The notes beneath the pieces are model-generated. The model saw nothing but the letters and a program-made list of their open reading frames with translations, was not told where the DNA came from and ran no database searches. A DNA stretch of 32,000 nucleotides, from the NCBI GenBank assembly GCA_016205145.1, contig JACQJH010000001.1, forward strand, positions 480,001 through 512,000, in the 5' to 3' direction. Within the stretch, counting starts at the first letter, position 1; the number at the start of each line of letters is the position of its first letter. The position numbers and the translations under genes are program-made. Positions 24,444 to 31,802 of the stretch are shown one piece after another. The stretch comes from Candidatus Iainarchaeum sp. GTDB taxonomy: Archaea > Iainarchaeota > Iainarchaeia > Iainarchaeales > JACQJH01.

Positions 24444-24526
24444 GCGGGGTTACCCAAGCGGTTAACGGGAGCGGGTTGAGGGCCCGTAGCTTAGTGCTTA
24501 CAGCGGTTCGAATCCGCTACCCCGCA
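24444..24526 (+). tRNA. tRNA-Leu(GAG)
   Basis: 83-nt class II cloverleaf: acceptor GCGGGGT/ACCCCGC, D arm CCC/GGG, anticodon stem GCGGG/CCCGT, loop TTGAGGG, long variable arm, T arm AGCGG-TTCGAAT-CCGCT, discriminator A. No intron and no trailer module. Confidence 0.9.
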
Positions 24527-24587
24527 AAAGAAAATTGCGTTCTGTTTTGACCCCCTGCTTTTATTTGAAAAAGGCAGGAGGGTTTGT

Positions 24588-25709
24588 ATGATTAAGACAG
24601 AATCGCAGCTTTCAAACTACTTTTCTGGGTTCGAGGAACAGATAGGCAAGCACAACGCCCAGTTAATAATTGCTTTTGCCGAAAAGCACAGGGCGACCGT
24701 TACAGAGCCGAGCCTTCAACGAATTAGCACGGTTTGCATTCGTTTGAAGTCTATTGCCAAGTGGCTGAACAAGCCTCTGGACAGGCTAACCGAAGCCGAC
24801 CTAATCAGGCTTAACACGGCAATGCGCGACAAGGGCATGAAGTCAAGCGCGGACTACCGGCAATGCCTAAAGCACTTTTTCAAGCTGACCGACAAAAAGC
24901 GTTTCTATGACCTCATTGAATCAGAATACCTGCGAAACGTCAAGAAAAAGGGCACAGACCAGCTTGTGGACGCGGAAGAATTTTGGAGTCAAAGCCAATG
25001 CAACGATTATCTCATGGAAAGCCTTAACCGTTCCAAAAGGCACGGTGCGTTTGCTGCAATTTGGTTGTCGTGTGGCATGAGGCCGCATGAAATAATGGGT
25101 TTGCATAAGGCAGACCTTGAATTGGATGGACAAAGCCTTGTAGTCAAGGTTCGGAGCGGCAAAACCGGCAAAAGAACAATCGTGTTAAACGGCAACGAAG
25201 GAACAGGGGTTTTTCGATATGTTGAGCCTTACCTTGACACTTTGAAAGACAACGAAAAGCTATTTTCCCTGACTTACAAGGCCGTTGAAAAATGCCACCA
25301 CAACATTTGTGAAAAAATAGGCTTGCCGGAAGGCAAAAGCCGAAAGCTTTACATGAGCAGAAAACGGACTTTGACACGCTGGTATAACGAGTTTGGGCTT
25401 GTCAAGGCCGCCAAAATGTGCGGCCACGTGCAAGGCGGTCGGGCAATGAAACACTATTTGGACATGACCGACGAGGAATTGAAGGAAAACAAGCGGCCGG
25501 AACGCCTTGAAAACAAGGTTTGCCCCAATCCAAATTGCAAGCAAGTCAACGAACCGCTTAGCGGCCTATGCTCCAAATGCAGCAGCCCGCTGGACAGGGA
25601 ACGCTTTGACGAGCTGATAAAAAGCAGCTTGGACGAACTGGTTGAAACAAAAATTGCGCTGGCAATCGTCAAACTCCAAAATGAAGCCCTGAAACTCAAA
25701 ACCCAATAG
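24588..25709 (+). CDS. tyrosine recombinase / integrase with C-terminal zinc ribbon
   Basis: Catalytic-region motifs GMRPHEIMGL (Arg), KTGKRTIVL and GHVQGGRAMKHY (His..Arg..Tyr). CPNPNC...CSKC ribbon near the C-terminus. Confidence 0.85.
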   Translation: MIKTESQLSNYFSGFEEQIGKHNAQLIIAFAEKHRATVTEPSLQRISTVCIRLKSIAKWLNKPLDRLTEADLIRLNTAMRDKGMKSSADYRQCLKHFFKLTDKKRFYDLIESEYLRNVKKKGTDQLVDAEEFWSQSQCNDYLMESLNRSKRHGAFAAIWLSCGMRPHEIMGLHKADLELDGQSLVVKVRSGKTGKRTIVLNGNEGTGVFRYVEPYLDTLKDNEKLFSLTYKAVEKCHHNICEKIGLPEGKSRKLYMSRKRTLTRWYNEFGLVKAAKMCGHVQGGRAMKHYLDMTDEELKENKRPERLENKVCPNPNCKQVNEPLSGLCSKCSSPLDRERFDELIKSSLDELVETKIALAIVKLQNEALKLKTQ

Positions 25710-25735
25710 GCTGCCCTTCATGTGCCAACAAAAAG

Positions 25736-25744
25736 GTTATAAAT
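25736..25744 (+). promoter_or_regulatory. putative TATA box for a leaderless small membrane gene
   Basis: GTTATAAAT centred about 26 nt upstream of ATG 25766. Confidence 0.45.
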
Positions 25745-25765
25745 GCCAGACGATTTATTTACTGT

Positions 25766-25921
25766 ATGAATAGTGCCGGAGCAGGCAATGTTGATGCAAT
25801 AGCTGTTTTTGGTGTTGCCGGAGCGATTTTAGGCGCAATTTTTCCCATTTTTGGAACCAACACCGTCATAGTTGGGCTGTTTGCCGGCATAATAATAGGG
25901 TTCCTTATACAACGGGGGTGA
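25766..25921 (+). CDS. small membrane protein (51 aa), probable 5' part of a frameshifted gene
   Basis: MNSAGAGNVDAIAVFGVAGAILGAIFPIFGTNTVIVGLFAGIIIGFLIQRG*. Two hydrophobic helices. Below the ORF-track cut-off. Confidence 0.5.
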   Translation: MNSAGAGNVDAIAVFGVAGAILGAIFPIFGTNTVIVGLFAGIIIGFLIQRG

Positions 25922-26207
25922 TTTTCTGGACACCCCAACATATATAGCAATTTTTGGGCTGTTTGCAGTTCTCCTTCTAATATACCGAAAATTCGTTCTG
26001 AAAAAAGAACTGTCATACAGAATTTATTTTGTGGTTATTCTCGGAACGTTATCTGTTGCAGAAGCCACGTCCGCAATCATTTTGTATTTTTTTAATTTGG
26101 ATTTGGGGATTATAAGCAAAGATTTGCTGTTTGTCGTTGCGGGTGGCTTAATGCTTTTGTTTTCTTTGGGTTTTGTTTTTCGGGAAATTCGCGAGACCGA
26201 AAAATAA
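25899..26207 (+). pseudogene. open +1 frame encoding further TM helices with no canonical start (3' part of the frameshifted membrane gene)
   Basis: The frame is open from 25899 and reads ...LDTPTYIAIFGLFAVLLLIYRKFVLKKELSYRIYFVVILGTLSVAEATSAIILYFFNLDLGIISKDLLFVVAGGLMLLFSLGFVFREIRETEK*. The first canonical start (GTG) is not until about 26030. Confidence 0.45.
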
Positions 26208-26259
26208 GGTTAAGAGCGCTGGAAAAAGGAAAGAAAGGCACATTAGCGGTAGACTAAAA

Positions 26260-26736
26260 CTAATTCTTGCGTTTTCTATTTGAAGTCCTTCTTTTTGCTT
26301 TTGTCTTATAAACTTCGTTTACCAACTTGTTAGAGTAATAACCCCTAATATCTATGCCCAATTCTTCACATGCTTTTTTTCTGGATTTGCCTTGCCGCTT
26401 TTTATTTAAAAGCCTTTTTTTCAAATATTCTCGGTTGTGTTCTGGGCGAATGCCAGAAACCAAAATTTTTTGCACCTTGTTAAACTGTCTTTTCTTAATT
26501 ATCGACTTTTTCGACTCACAATAAAACCCATTTCTAAGAATATAACTGATTGAGCTAACTGGCATTTTCATTATTTCCGCTGTTTTTCTGATTTCAAATT
26601 CTTCCAAAAAGACCTCAAAAATATGTCTAACCTTGTTGGCTGCTTTCTTATCAATAGTCAAAACCTGTATTACCTTCTTTTCTAGTTTATAGCCTAGCGG
26701 GGCACGCCACAAAATTTTATTGCTCATACTAATCAC
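26260..26736 (-). CDS. serine-recombinase 'recombinase domain'-like DNA-binding protein lacking the resolvase catalytic domain
   Basis: APLGYKLE...LTIDKKAANKVRHIFEVFLEEFEIRKTAEIMKMPVSSISYILRNGFYC resembles the recombinase domain that follows the catalytic domain in large serine recombinases. Basic C-terminal tail. AT-rich, on the opposite strand to its neighbours. Confidence 0.55.
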   Translation of the reverse strand: MISMSNKILWRAPLGYKLEKKVIQVLTIDKKAANKVRHIFEVFLEEFEIRKTAEIMKMPVSSISYILRNGFYCESKKSIIKKRQFNKVQKILVSGIRPEHNREYLKKRLLNKKRQGKSRKKACEELGIDIRGYYSNKLVNEVYKTKAKRRTSNRKRKN

Positions 26737-26838
26737 ACTAGTTCTAACTGGGTTTTAAACCAATATGTGGGGTGGCTTCTTGAACAGTATTCGTCAAACT
26801 TTTTTAGAAATGTTTTTCTTGGTCAAAGGGGGTATACT

Positions 26839-27003
26839 ATGGGGATGATTATGCCATCACAAAAACGATTCGGGAAAAAAATGAAACTTTGCGTTAGCGA
26901 GGCAATGTTTGCCCGTTTGCAAAAACTCGCCAAAAAAGAGGAGACGACAATTGCGGAAATCGTTCGCGCCACCCTGAAAAGGGAAGTAGGGGCGGAATTA
27001 TGA
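26839..27003 (+). CDS. ribbon-helix-helix (CopG/Arc-like) protein
   Basis: KKMKLCVSEAMFARLQKLAKKEETTIAEIVRATLKRE fits a beta-strand/helix/helix RHH pattern. AGGGGG lies upstream of ATG 26839. The ORF opens at 26767. Confidence 0.6.
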   Translation: MGMIMPSQKRFGKKMKLCVSEAMFARLQKLAKKEETTIAEIVRATLKREVGAEL

Positions 27004-27110
27004 CCTTGTTCGCTGGAATTCCTGTGGAGAAAATTCGAAAAAGTGCGGAACTCCGCGAGGCGTTCCTTGAACTCAAAAAGGCTTTCGAGCCGGGGCGCAT
27101 TGAAAAATAA
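27000..27110 (+). CDS. 36-aa hypothetical ORF coupled to the RHH gene
   Basis: ATGA overlap with the RHH stop. MTLFAGIPVEKIRKSAELREAFLELKKAFEPGRIEK*. Below the ORF-track cut-off. Confidence 0.3.
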   Translation: MTLFAGIPVEKIRKSAELREAFLELKKAFEPGRIEK

Positions 27111-27151
27111 AAAAAGGCGAGGCCCTGCAAGACCTCGGCCAAAAAGAAGGT

Positions 27152-27415
27152 ATGCCAATGCAGATTACGATTTCTAGAAATAAAAGCACGGGGCTGGCGC
27201 TTTACGACGGCAAAGCCTGCGCGGTTTGCGGGGCAACGAAAGGAGGGGCAAAACGTTGGGTGTTTGTGTTTTCATACTGTCAAAAAGCCAAGGTTTGCGG
27301 CCCGTGCGTTTTTCAAATAGGCCCAGCAAATGTTTCCGAGTGGCTTGAAAAAAAAGCTGTTTTTGACAAAAAAGGCTATTTGACCGGCTTTCGGCCGGGG
27401 GTGGTCGTCCCGTGA
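27152..27415 (+). CDS. small zinc-ribbon protein
   Basis: CAVCG...CGPC pairs of cysteines. 87 aa. Confidence 0.5.
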   Translation: MPMQITISRNKSTGLALYDGKACAVCGATKGGAKRWVFVFSYCQKAKVCGPCVFQIGPANVSEWLEKKAVFDKKGYLTGFRPGVVVP

Positions 27416-28014
27416 CCTCTACACCGGATGAAACAACAACGCTTGAAGAGAGCAGGCGAGTTTCGGAATTGAAGCACCTGAGCAAGGAAGCTTTTTTGAT
27501 ACAGATTACCGCAACGGAAAAGAAGATTCAGGAAGCTTTAGTAGCTGTGAAAAAACTCCATGCCAATGCCGAAATTATTTTGCAGGGAACCGCACTTGGC
27601 AAATTTGGAAAACTCGCAGACAAAGCTTTTACAGTTCTTCAAAAAAATGGCCAATTTTCAACAAACGATGCTAGCAAATTTGGCGTATTTGGTTCAAGAG
27701 ACCTGGACAAACTCTTCACTGAAATCTCAAAACGTTATCCTGAAGTGCGAACACAAAAAACCACGTTGTACGGCTCCAACCAGAAAATTCGGGTCGCAGT
27801 AATTGACGTACACGAGTTCGAAAAGGCAAAATCTGGGCCTTACAATGACATTCGCAATTTTGTCGTTGAGAAAAATCCGACACGTGACCAACTCATTGAA
27901 AAGTTTGGCTGGGGCGAAAAAGTCGCTAATGATACAATCGCATTGCTTGCGCGGAAGGGAATGCTTTGCTGGTCAGATGGCAGATATTCCTGGGAGGACG
28001 CTCAACTAGTCTGA
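27412..28014 (+). CDS. hypothetical protein with C-terminal winged-helix-like region (candidate Rep/iteron-binding protein)
   Basis: 200 aa, overlapping the previous stop. C-terminal NPTRDQLIEKFGWGEKVANDTIALLARKGMLCWSDGRYSW. Lies immediately upstream of the iteron-like region. Confidence 0.5.
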   Translation: MTSTPDETTTLEESRRVSELKHLSKEAFLIQITATEKKIQEALVAVKKLHANAEIILQGTALGKFGKLADKAFTVLQKNGQFSTNDASKFGVFGSRDLDKLFTEISKRYPEVRTQKTTLYGSNQKIRVAVIDVHEFEKAKSGPYNDIRNFVVEKNPTRDQLIEKFGWGEKVANDTIALLARKGMLCWSDGRYSWEDAQLV

Positions 28015-28177
28015 GGGAGTTGGGTTGTTGTAGAGTAGTATAGTAGAGTTGAAAACATATATCTCAACTAACTCCCCCCTACTTAGTTGGGTACGTTATA
28101 GGTCTATGAAAAATTATGAGAGAAAAGGAATGTTCCCAACTGGTTAAGGGGAGTTGGGTATTTTGTAAGGTGTTTTT
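28015..28177 (+). repeat. iteron / inverted-repeat region (candidate origin or operator)
   Basis: GGGAGTTGGGT at 28015-28025. GGGGAGTTGGGTA at 28148-28160. TAGTTGGGT at 28084-28092. Inverted CCCAACT at 28135-28141. Inverted pair GGGAGTT (28015) / AACTCCC (28070-28076). AGTTGA/TCAACT around the A/T core AAACATATATC. Confidence 0.6.
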
Positions 28178-28438
28178 GTGAAAAAGTCTGAAACTCAGCT
28201 TGTCCGAACAAACCTTTTGTTGCCTGAGTCTTGCCGGGCTGTGTTGAGGTTAGTTGGCTCTGGTAGCTTGTCAAAAGGTTGCAGAATTTTGGCACAGCAG
28301 GCGATTAAAACAGAGTTTGCGGCTGGCAGGCCGCGAAAATTTGACGGCGGGAAAGGCAAGGAAAATGTTGCGCATTACCACACTGGTTTTCAGAGTGCTT
28401 TCGATATACTTGAACAGCAAAAGAAGGTGGTTGGTTGA
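28178..28438 (+). CDS. hypothetical RHH-like small protein
   Basis: GTG start. VRTNLLLPESCRAVLRLVGSGSLSKGCRILAQQAIK fits a strand-helix-helix pattern. Confidence 0.45.
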   Translation: MKKSETQLVRTNLLLPESCRAVLRLVGSGSLSKGCRILAQQAIKTEFAAGRPRKFDGGKGKENVAHYHTGFQSAFDILEQQKKVVG

Positions 28439-28659
28439 ATAAAAAGAAGCGGCAAAGGCGTGTGCAGGAGTTTCTGTTTTTGGACGAGCCAACGCCCACA
28501 GCCTTGTTCCTGAAGCTGAACCGGCTTTCAAGGCAAGGCTGGCGAACCGAAATTACTGACGTCCACCATACCGAGTTTTTCCGTTCCTGCACGGCTGTTG
28601 TTTCGTGGCGTCGTGTCATGCCGCGTTTTAGCATTTCCTACACGGGAAAGGGAAACTGA
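28435..28659 (+). CDS. hypothetical basic protein (74 aa)
   Basis: TTG start overlapping the previous stop. No family recognised. Confidence 0.35.
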   Translation: MNKKKRQRRVQEFLFLDEPTPTALFLKLNRLSRQGWRTEITDVHHTEFFRSCTAVVSWRRVMPRFSISYTGKGN

Positions 28660-28678
28660 AGTCAAAGGAGGACTGACT

Positions 28679-29044
28679 ATGAAAAATGCAGAAATTAAGA
28701 AAACAAAAGAAGAAACGCCATCAACCCTTGGGAACGAAACGTCTGATGAGGAAGCCGAACCAGGGCCGAAACCCAAAGGCAGGCCGCCGAAATCTTCCAT
28801 AAAAATCGAAGGCGAACCGCAGCAGGACGCGTGCGAAAAAATGCAGCAGTTGGCAATTTGTTTGACCTCGATTGACATGAGCAAGCTTTCATGGCTGAAG
28901 AGGAAAGGCCATTTTTCATACCTGTCCGAAACGATGCGGGAACTCGTGCGTGCCGAGTTTTTGCGGCTGCACCCCGAACCACCATTGTGGCCGGATGATA
29001 GTGTTTGGAAGAAACAGGGGAAGGACAAGACGACGGTTGGTTGA
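28679..29044 (+). CDS. hypothetical protein with acidic/AT-hook-like N-terminus and RHH-like C-terminus
   Basis: AGGAGG lies 7 nt upstream of ATG 28679. Contains PKPKGRPPKS and QLAICLTSIDMSKLSWLKRKGHFSYLSETMRELVRAEF. Confidence 0.5.
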   Translation: MKNAEIKKTKEETPSTLGNETSDEEAEPGPKPKGRPPKSSIKIEGEPQQDACEKMQQLAICLTSIDMSKLSWLKRKGHFSYLSETMRELVRAEFLRLHPEPPLWPDDSVWKKQGKDKTTVG

Positions 29045-29053
29045 GGCAAGAAG

Positions 29054-29260
29054 GTGGTTTGTTTGGTGAAATCGAGGCGAAAGCTGCTCAACGAACTCGG
29101 CGGCTTGAGGCGCAGCAATAACGCTTTGAAAAGCGAGCTTGACGCATTAAGATTGCCGGAAGGCGAGCTTTGGCGCAAGGCGCATACATTGTTTCAAGAA
29201 AACCTGCGGCTTCGTGCAGAATTGGAACAGATACGAAAACAGAGGGCTAGTTTCCCATGA
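29054..29260 (+). CDS. small coiled-coil protein
   Basis: Heptad-like L/E/R-rich sequence ALKSELDALRLPEGELWRKAHTLFQENLRLRAELEQIRKQ. Confidence 0.4.
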   Translation: MVCLVKSRRKLLNELGGLRRSNNALKSELDALRLPEGELWRKAHTLFQENLRLRAELEQIRKQRASFP

Positions 29261-29346
29261 AACCCGCAGCAATCGCACAGGATTCACACAACTTCTGACA
29301 GGATTGCAACCAAAACAGACCTTTTTGGGCGTTTTTCAGTCATTTT

Positions 29347-29369
29347 AAGCCCATTTTGGGCTTGTTTTG
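29347..29369 (+). terminator. hairpin plus T-run (possible terminator of the 28178-29260 gene block)
   Basis: AAGCCCA-TTT-TGGGCTT (29347-29363) followed by GTTTTG. Confidence 0.35.
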
Positions 29370-29543
29370 AAGCCTTTTCCGGCTGCTTTCTCGGCCGGTG
29401 AGGGGTGTGTGTGAGATGCTTTTTGCTGGGCTACTTTTATCTGTAAACCCCATTAAATGATTCGCAAAGTAATTTGACGATTACCAAAAAAATTTTTTTC
29501 GATGGCAACTGCTGCCGCAATAGCATTTGTTTAGGGTGGTTGG

Positions 29544-30068
29544 ATGGCTCGGAAAATCATTGGGCGATACCTATTATCGAGAGGTGTCTCTATTATTGGC
29601 CGGTCAAAAATCAAAAACAAAGCCAATTTTCCAAAAAATTTTCAGAAAACCGAGTATCGACTCGACGAAAAGAAAAGCGTTTACTTGCAATGGGCTGAAA
29701 TCAGGGATGCGTGGGTTAACTTCCAAAGCCTCGATGACCTGACCACTTGGCTGGAAGACATTTTGCCTAACGCTTCCGGCAAATATTATATCAGATGCTT
29801 CGCTGAATGGCACGCGTTCATTCCCCAGCCAACCACAAAGAAACGGTTGAAAAGAAAACGCGGCCGACCGTTCAGCAAAAAGGAAAGAAAGTTTAGAATT
29901 GGTTGGGACATCATTTGTGCCTTTGCCATAGAATCCGGCACGGTAATGAGAGTCTTCGCGCACAAGCGAGGCAAAACCGATTATTCGCCGAAGCGGCGGA
30001 ATGCTTACTGGCTTTTGGGTGCAATCCAAGACCAGAAGGAAGGCAAGCATGTCTTCGACCAGATTTAA
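29544..30068 (+). CDS. hypothetical protein (174 aa)
   Basis: GGGTGG lies upstream of the ATG. The composition looks more protein-like than the overlapping minus-strand ORF. Contains a basic KKRLKRKRGRPFSKKERK stretch. Confidence 0.5.
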   Translation: MARKIIGRYLLSRGVSIIGRSKIKNKANFPKNFQKTEYRLDEKKSVYLQWAEIRDAWVNFQSLDDLTTWLEDILPNASGKYYIRCFAEWHAFIPQPTTKKRLKRKRGRPFSKKERKFRIGWDIICAFAIESGTVMRVFAHKRGKTDYSPKRRNAYWLLGAIQDQKEGKHVFDQI

Positions 30069-30597
30069 AGGCGGGCAAAGCCTACATGCTTTTTTCGCAA
30101 ACCATTTGCCTTCAACCCGCAACGCCCTGCCCCGCAAACGGTTAAGGCATTGCCAGCAAGGGAGTTTAGTAGAAAAGCCCCGCATTTGCCTTCAAGCCAA
30201 GCAGGAGCGCGGGCGCAAAAGCCTTGCAGTTGAAATTAAGCCATGCCAACAAAAGATTAACCATGCTGGCTGCGCGTCCATAAAATCATTTGCGAAAATC
30301 GCAAGCCAAAAGGGCAGGAGTTGTGAGGCCATTTCTCATTAAGGCCTTAACACTTTTGAAAAGCGTTGACGAATACAAGCCCTTTCCCGAAAACCCTTTC
30401 GACTATTCCAGCCAGCCCCTTGTGCAGAAAAGCCCCACAGAAGGCTTCAAGGCTTTCCACTTCACCGGCGAAAAATGCCTAAAGAATAGTTCAACATATG
30501 CAGCAAAAACATTGCGCTTTTGAAAAGTGTTTGCCTTTCAATCAAAAGCCTTCAACGCTTCTCTAAAGGGTCAATTGTTTTTCATTCATTTCTCGTT
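30069..30597 (+). repeat. repeat-bearing, probably non-coding region of the element
   Basis: Exact 13-nt CATTTGCCTTCAA at 30103-30115 and 30183-30195. Related GTTTGCCTTTCAA around 30529-30542 and AAGCCTTCAACG around 30546-30557. Only weak basic ORFs (30001..30342, 30290..30523). Confidence 0.4.
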
Positions 30598-31446
30598 TTA
30601 TTGGAGTTGCACTTCAATTGGAATTGCTATTTCTGGAGTGCCACAAATAATAGAATATGGCGTCACTGAGTTGTCAACTTGTCCAACACAAATGGTAACT
30701 GAGCCTGCTTCATTCTGGCTTGTAGAGCCATAACTCGAATAAGCTATTTTTAGTACAGTGCTTTGTTTTGGTCTTAAATTATATAACTCATCTTCGAACC
30801 CTATAATACCAACGTTATGCGATGTGCTATTAATTGACGTTCTAATGCCCTGCACCTCAAAATCAGAATCGTTTGTTATTGTAAGTGTTTTTTCATCCTT
30901 ATAGACCGTTTCTTTGATACTTGGTTCGTTTGGATAAACCGGCATGCTTTTCGGAGTCAAATCAATTTTTTTCGGGGCGACTTCCAGTTTTATTTCTGGC
31001 GGTGGAATTTGGAATGTTTTGCAGTCGGATGAATTAGACACGCAATAACGGATAGGGGAAATTTCTAGAGACTCTGATTGCAACAGTATGCCAATGAGAG
31101 AAGCTGAACAAACACTTTGTGGTTCACAAGAAATAGTGGTTGGCAAAGAGTCCACCGCGCTAATGCTATCATAATATATATTTAGCTCAATAGCTTTACC
31201 TTCATTTGACTTATTTTCAAATTTTACCTCTGCTGTTCCAATGGGTCTTATATCTTGTTTTGCGCCTATCGCCGCCATATCAATTGGATAGATAGATTTC
31301 CAGTTTGCCCCTTTAAATTCAATCGAGTCTATTTTAGGTTGGGCTTGTTGGATACAGCCGGTTAAAAAAATTCCTGTCAAAAAGACTGCAATCAAGATTA
31401 GCAAAATATTCCGGCCAGGTCCTAATTTTTCCCAATTATTGTTCAT
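30598..31446 (-). CDS. secreted lipoprotein-like protein, unknown function (AT-rich)
   Basis: N-terminal TM/signal ILLILIAVFLTGIFLTGC with a lipobox-like LTGC. The remainder is beta-rich with S/T/N/I composition. Confidence 0.6.
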   Translation of the reverse strand: MNNNWEKLGPGRNILLILIAVFLTGIFLTGCIQQAQPKIDSIEFKGANWKSIYPIDMAAIGAKQDIRPIGTAEVKFENKSNEGKAIELNIYYDSISAVDSLPTTISCEPQSVCSASLIGILLQSESLEISPIRYCVSNSSDCKTFQIPPPEIKLEVAPKKIDLTPKSMPVYPNEPSIKETVYKDEKTLTITNDSDFEVQGIRTSINSTSHNVGIIGFEDELYNLRPKQSTVLKIAYSSYGSTSQNEAGSVTICVGQVDNSVTPYSIICGTPEIAIPIEVQLQ

Positions 31447-31535
31447 TATACCACACTCTTATTGTCAAAACCCAGTATAAATATGTTACGTTACTGTTAC
31501 TCTGGCTTTAATTTAGGGGTTCAGTCACTAATTCT

Positions 31536-31784
31536 ATGTCTGAGTATGACCTGTTGGCGCAGATTAGGCGCGGCAAGATTAAACCCCAAATCCTTAAGCT
31601 TTTACAAGAACCAAAAACGCCAACAGACTTGAAAAAGATTATCGGAGCCCATAGAGAAACAATCAGCAGAGCAATACTCGAAATGGAAGAAAAAGGCCTA
31701 GTAACTTGTCTGAACCCAAAACAACCAAACTTTAGGTACTATCAAATTACAAACAAAGGAAAAAACCTATTGAAGAAAGTATGA
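31536..31784 (+). CDS. small winged-helix transcriptional regulator
   Basis: 82 aa. PTDLKKIIGAHRETISRAILEMEEKGLVTCLNP...YYQITNKG fits an HTH plus wing pattern. Confidence 0.6.
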   Translation: MSEYDLLAQIRRGKIKPQILKLLQEPKTPTDLKKIIGAHRETISRAILEMEEKGLVTCLNPKQPNFRYYQITNKGKNLLKKV

Positions 31785-31802
31785 GAATTTCTTATTTGCA
31801 CC

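Noticed and set aside
25759-26016. 85-aa minus-strand ORF
   Set aside because: It is antisense to clearly hydrophobic plus-strand TM-helix coding sequence that has a leaderless promoter. The translation is P/A/I-rich shadow sequence.
28743-28772. CUGAUGAG ... CCGAAAC hammerhead-like string
   Set aside because: It lies inside a coding region (SDEEAEPGPKP). The intervening bases cannot form stem II beyond 2 bp, and no stem I/III partners exist.
29604-30185. 193-aa minus-strand ORF overlapping 29544..30068
   Set aside because: The plus-strand ORF has an SD-like GGGTGG, a more protein-like composition and the same orientation as its neighbours. The minus ORF is probably a shadow, though this is not certain.
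30001-30523. ORFs 30001..30342 and 30290..30523 as genes
   Set aside because: They are very basic and low-complexity, have weak or absent start contexts and overlap the repeat-bearing region. They are left uncalled and could be revisited with comparative data.
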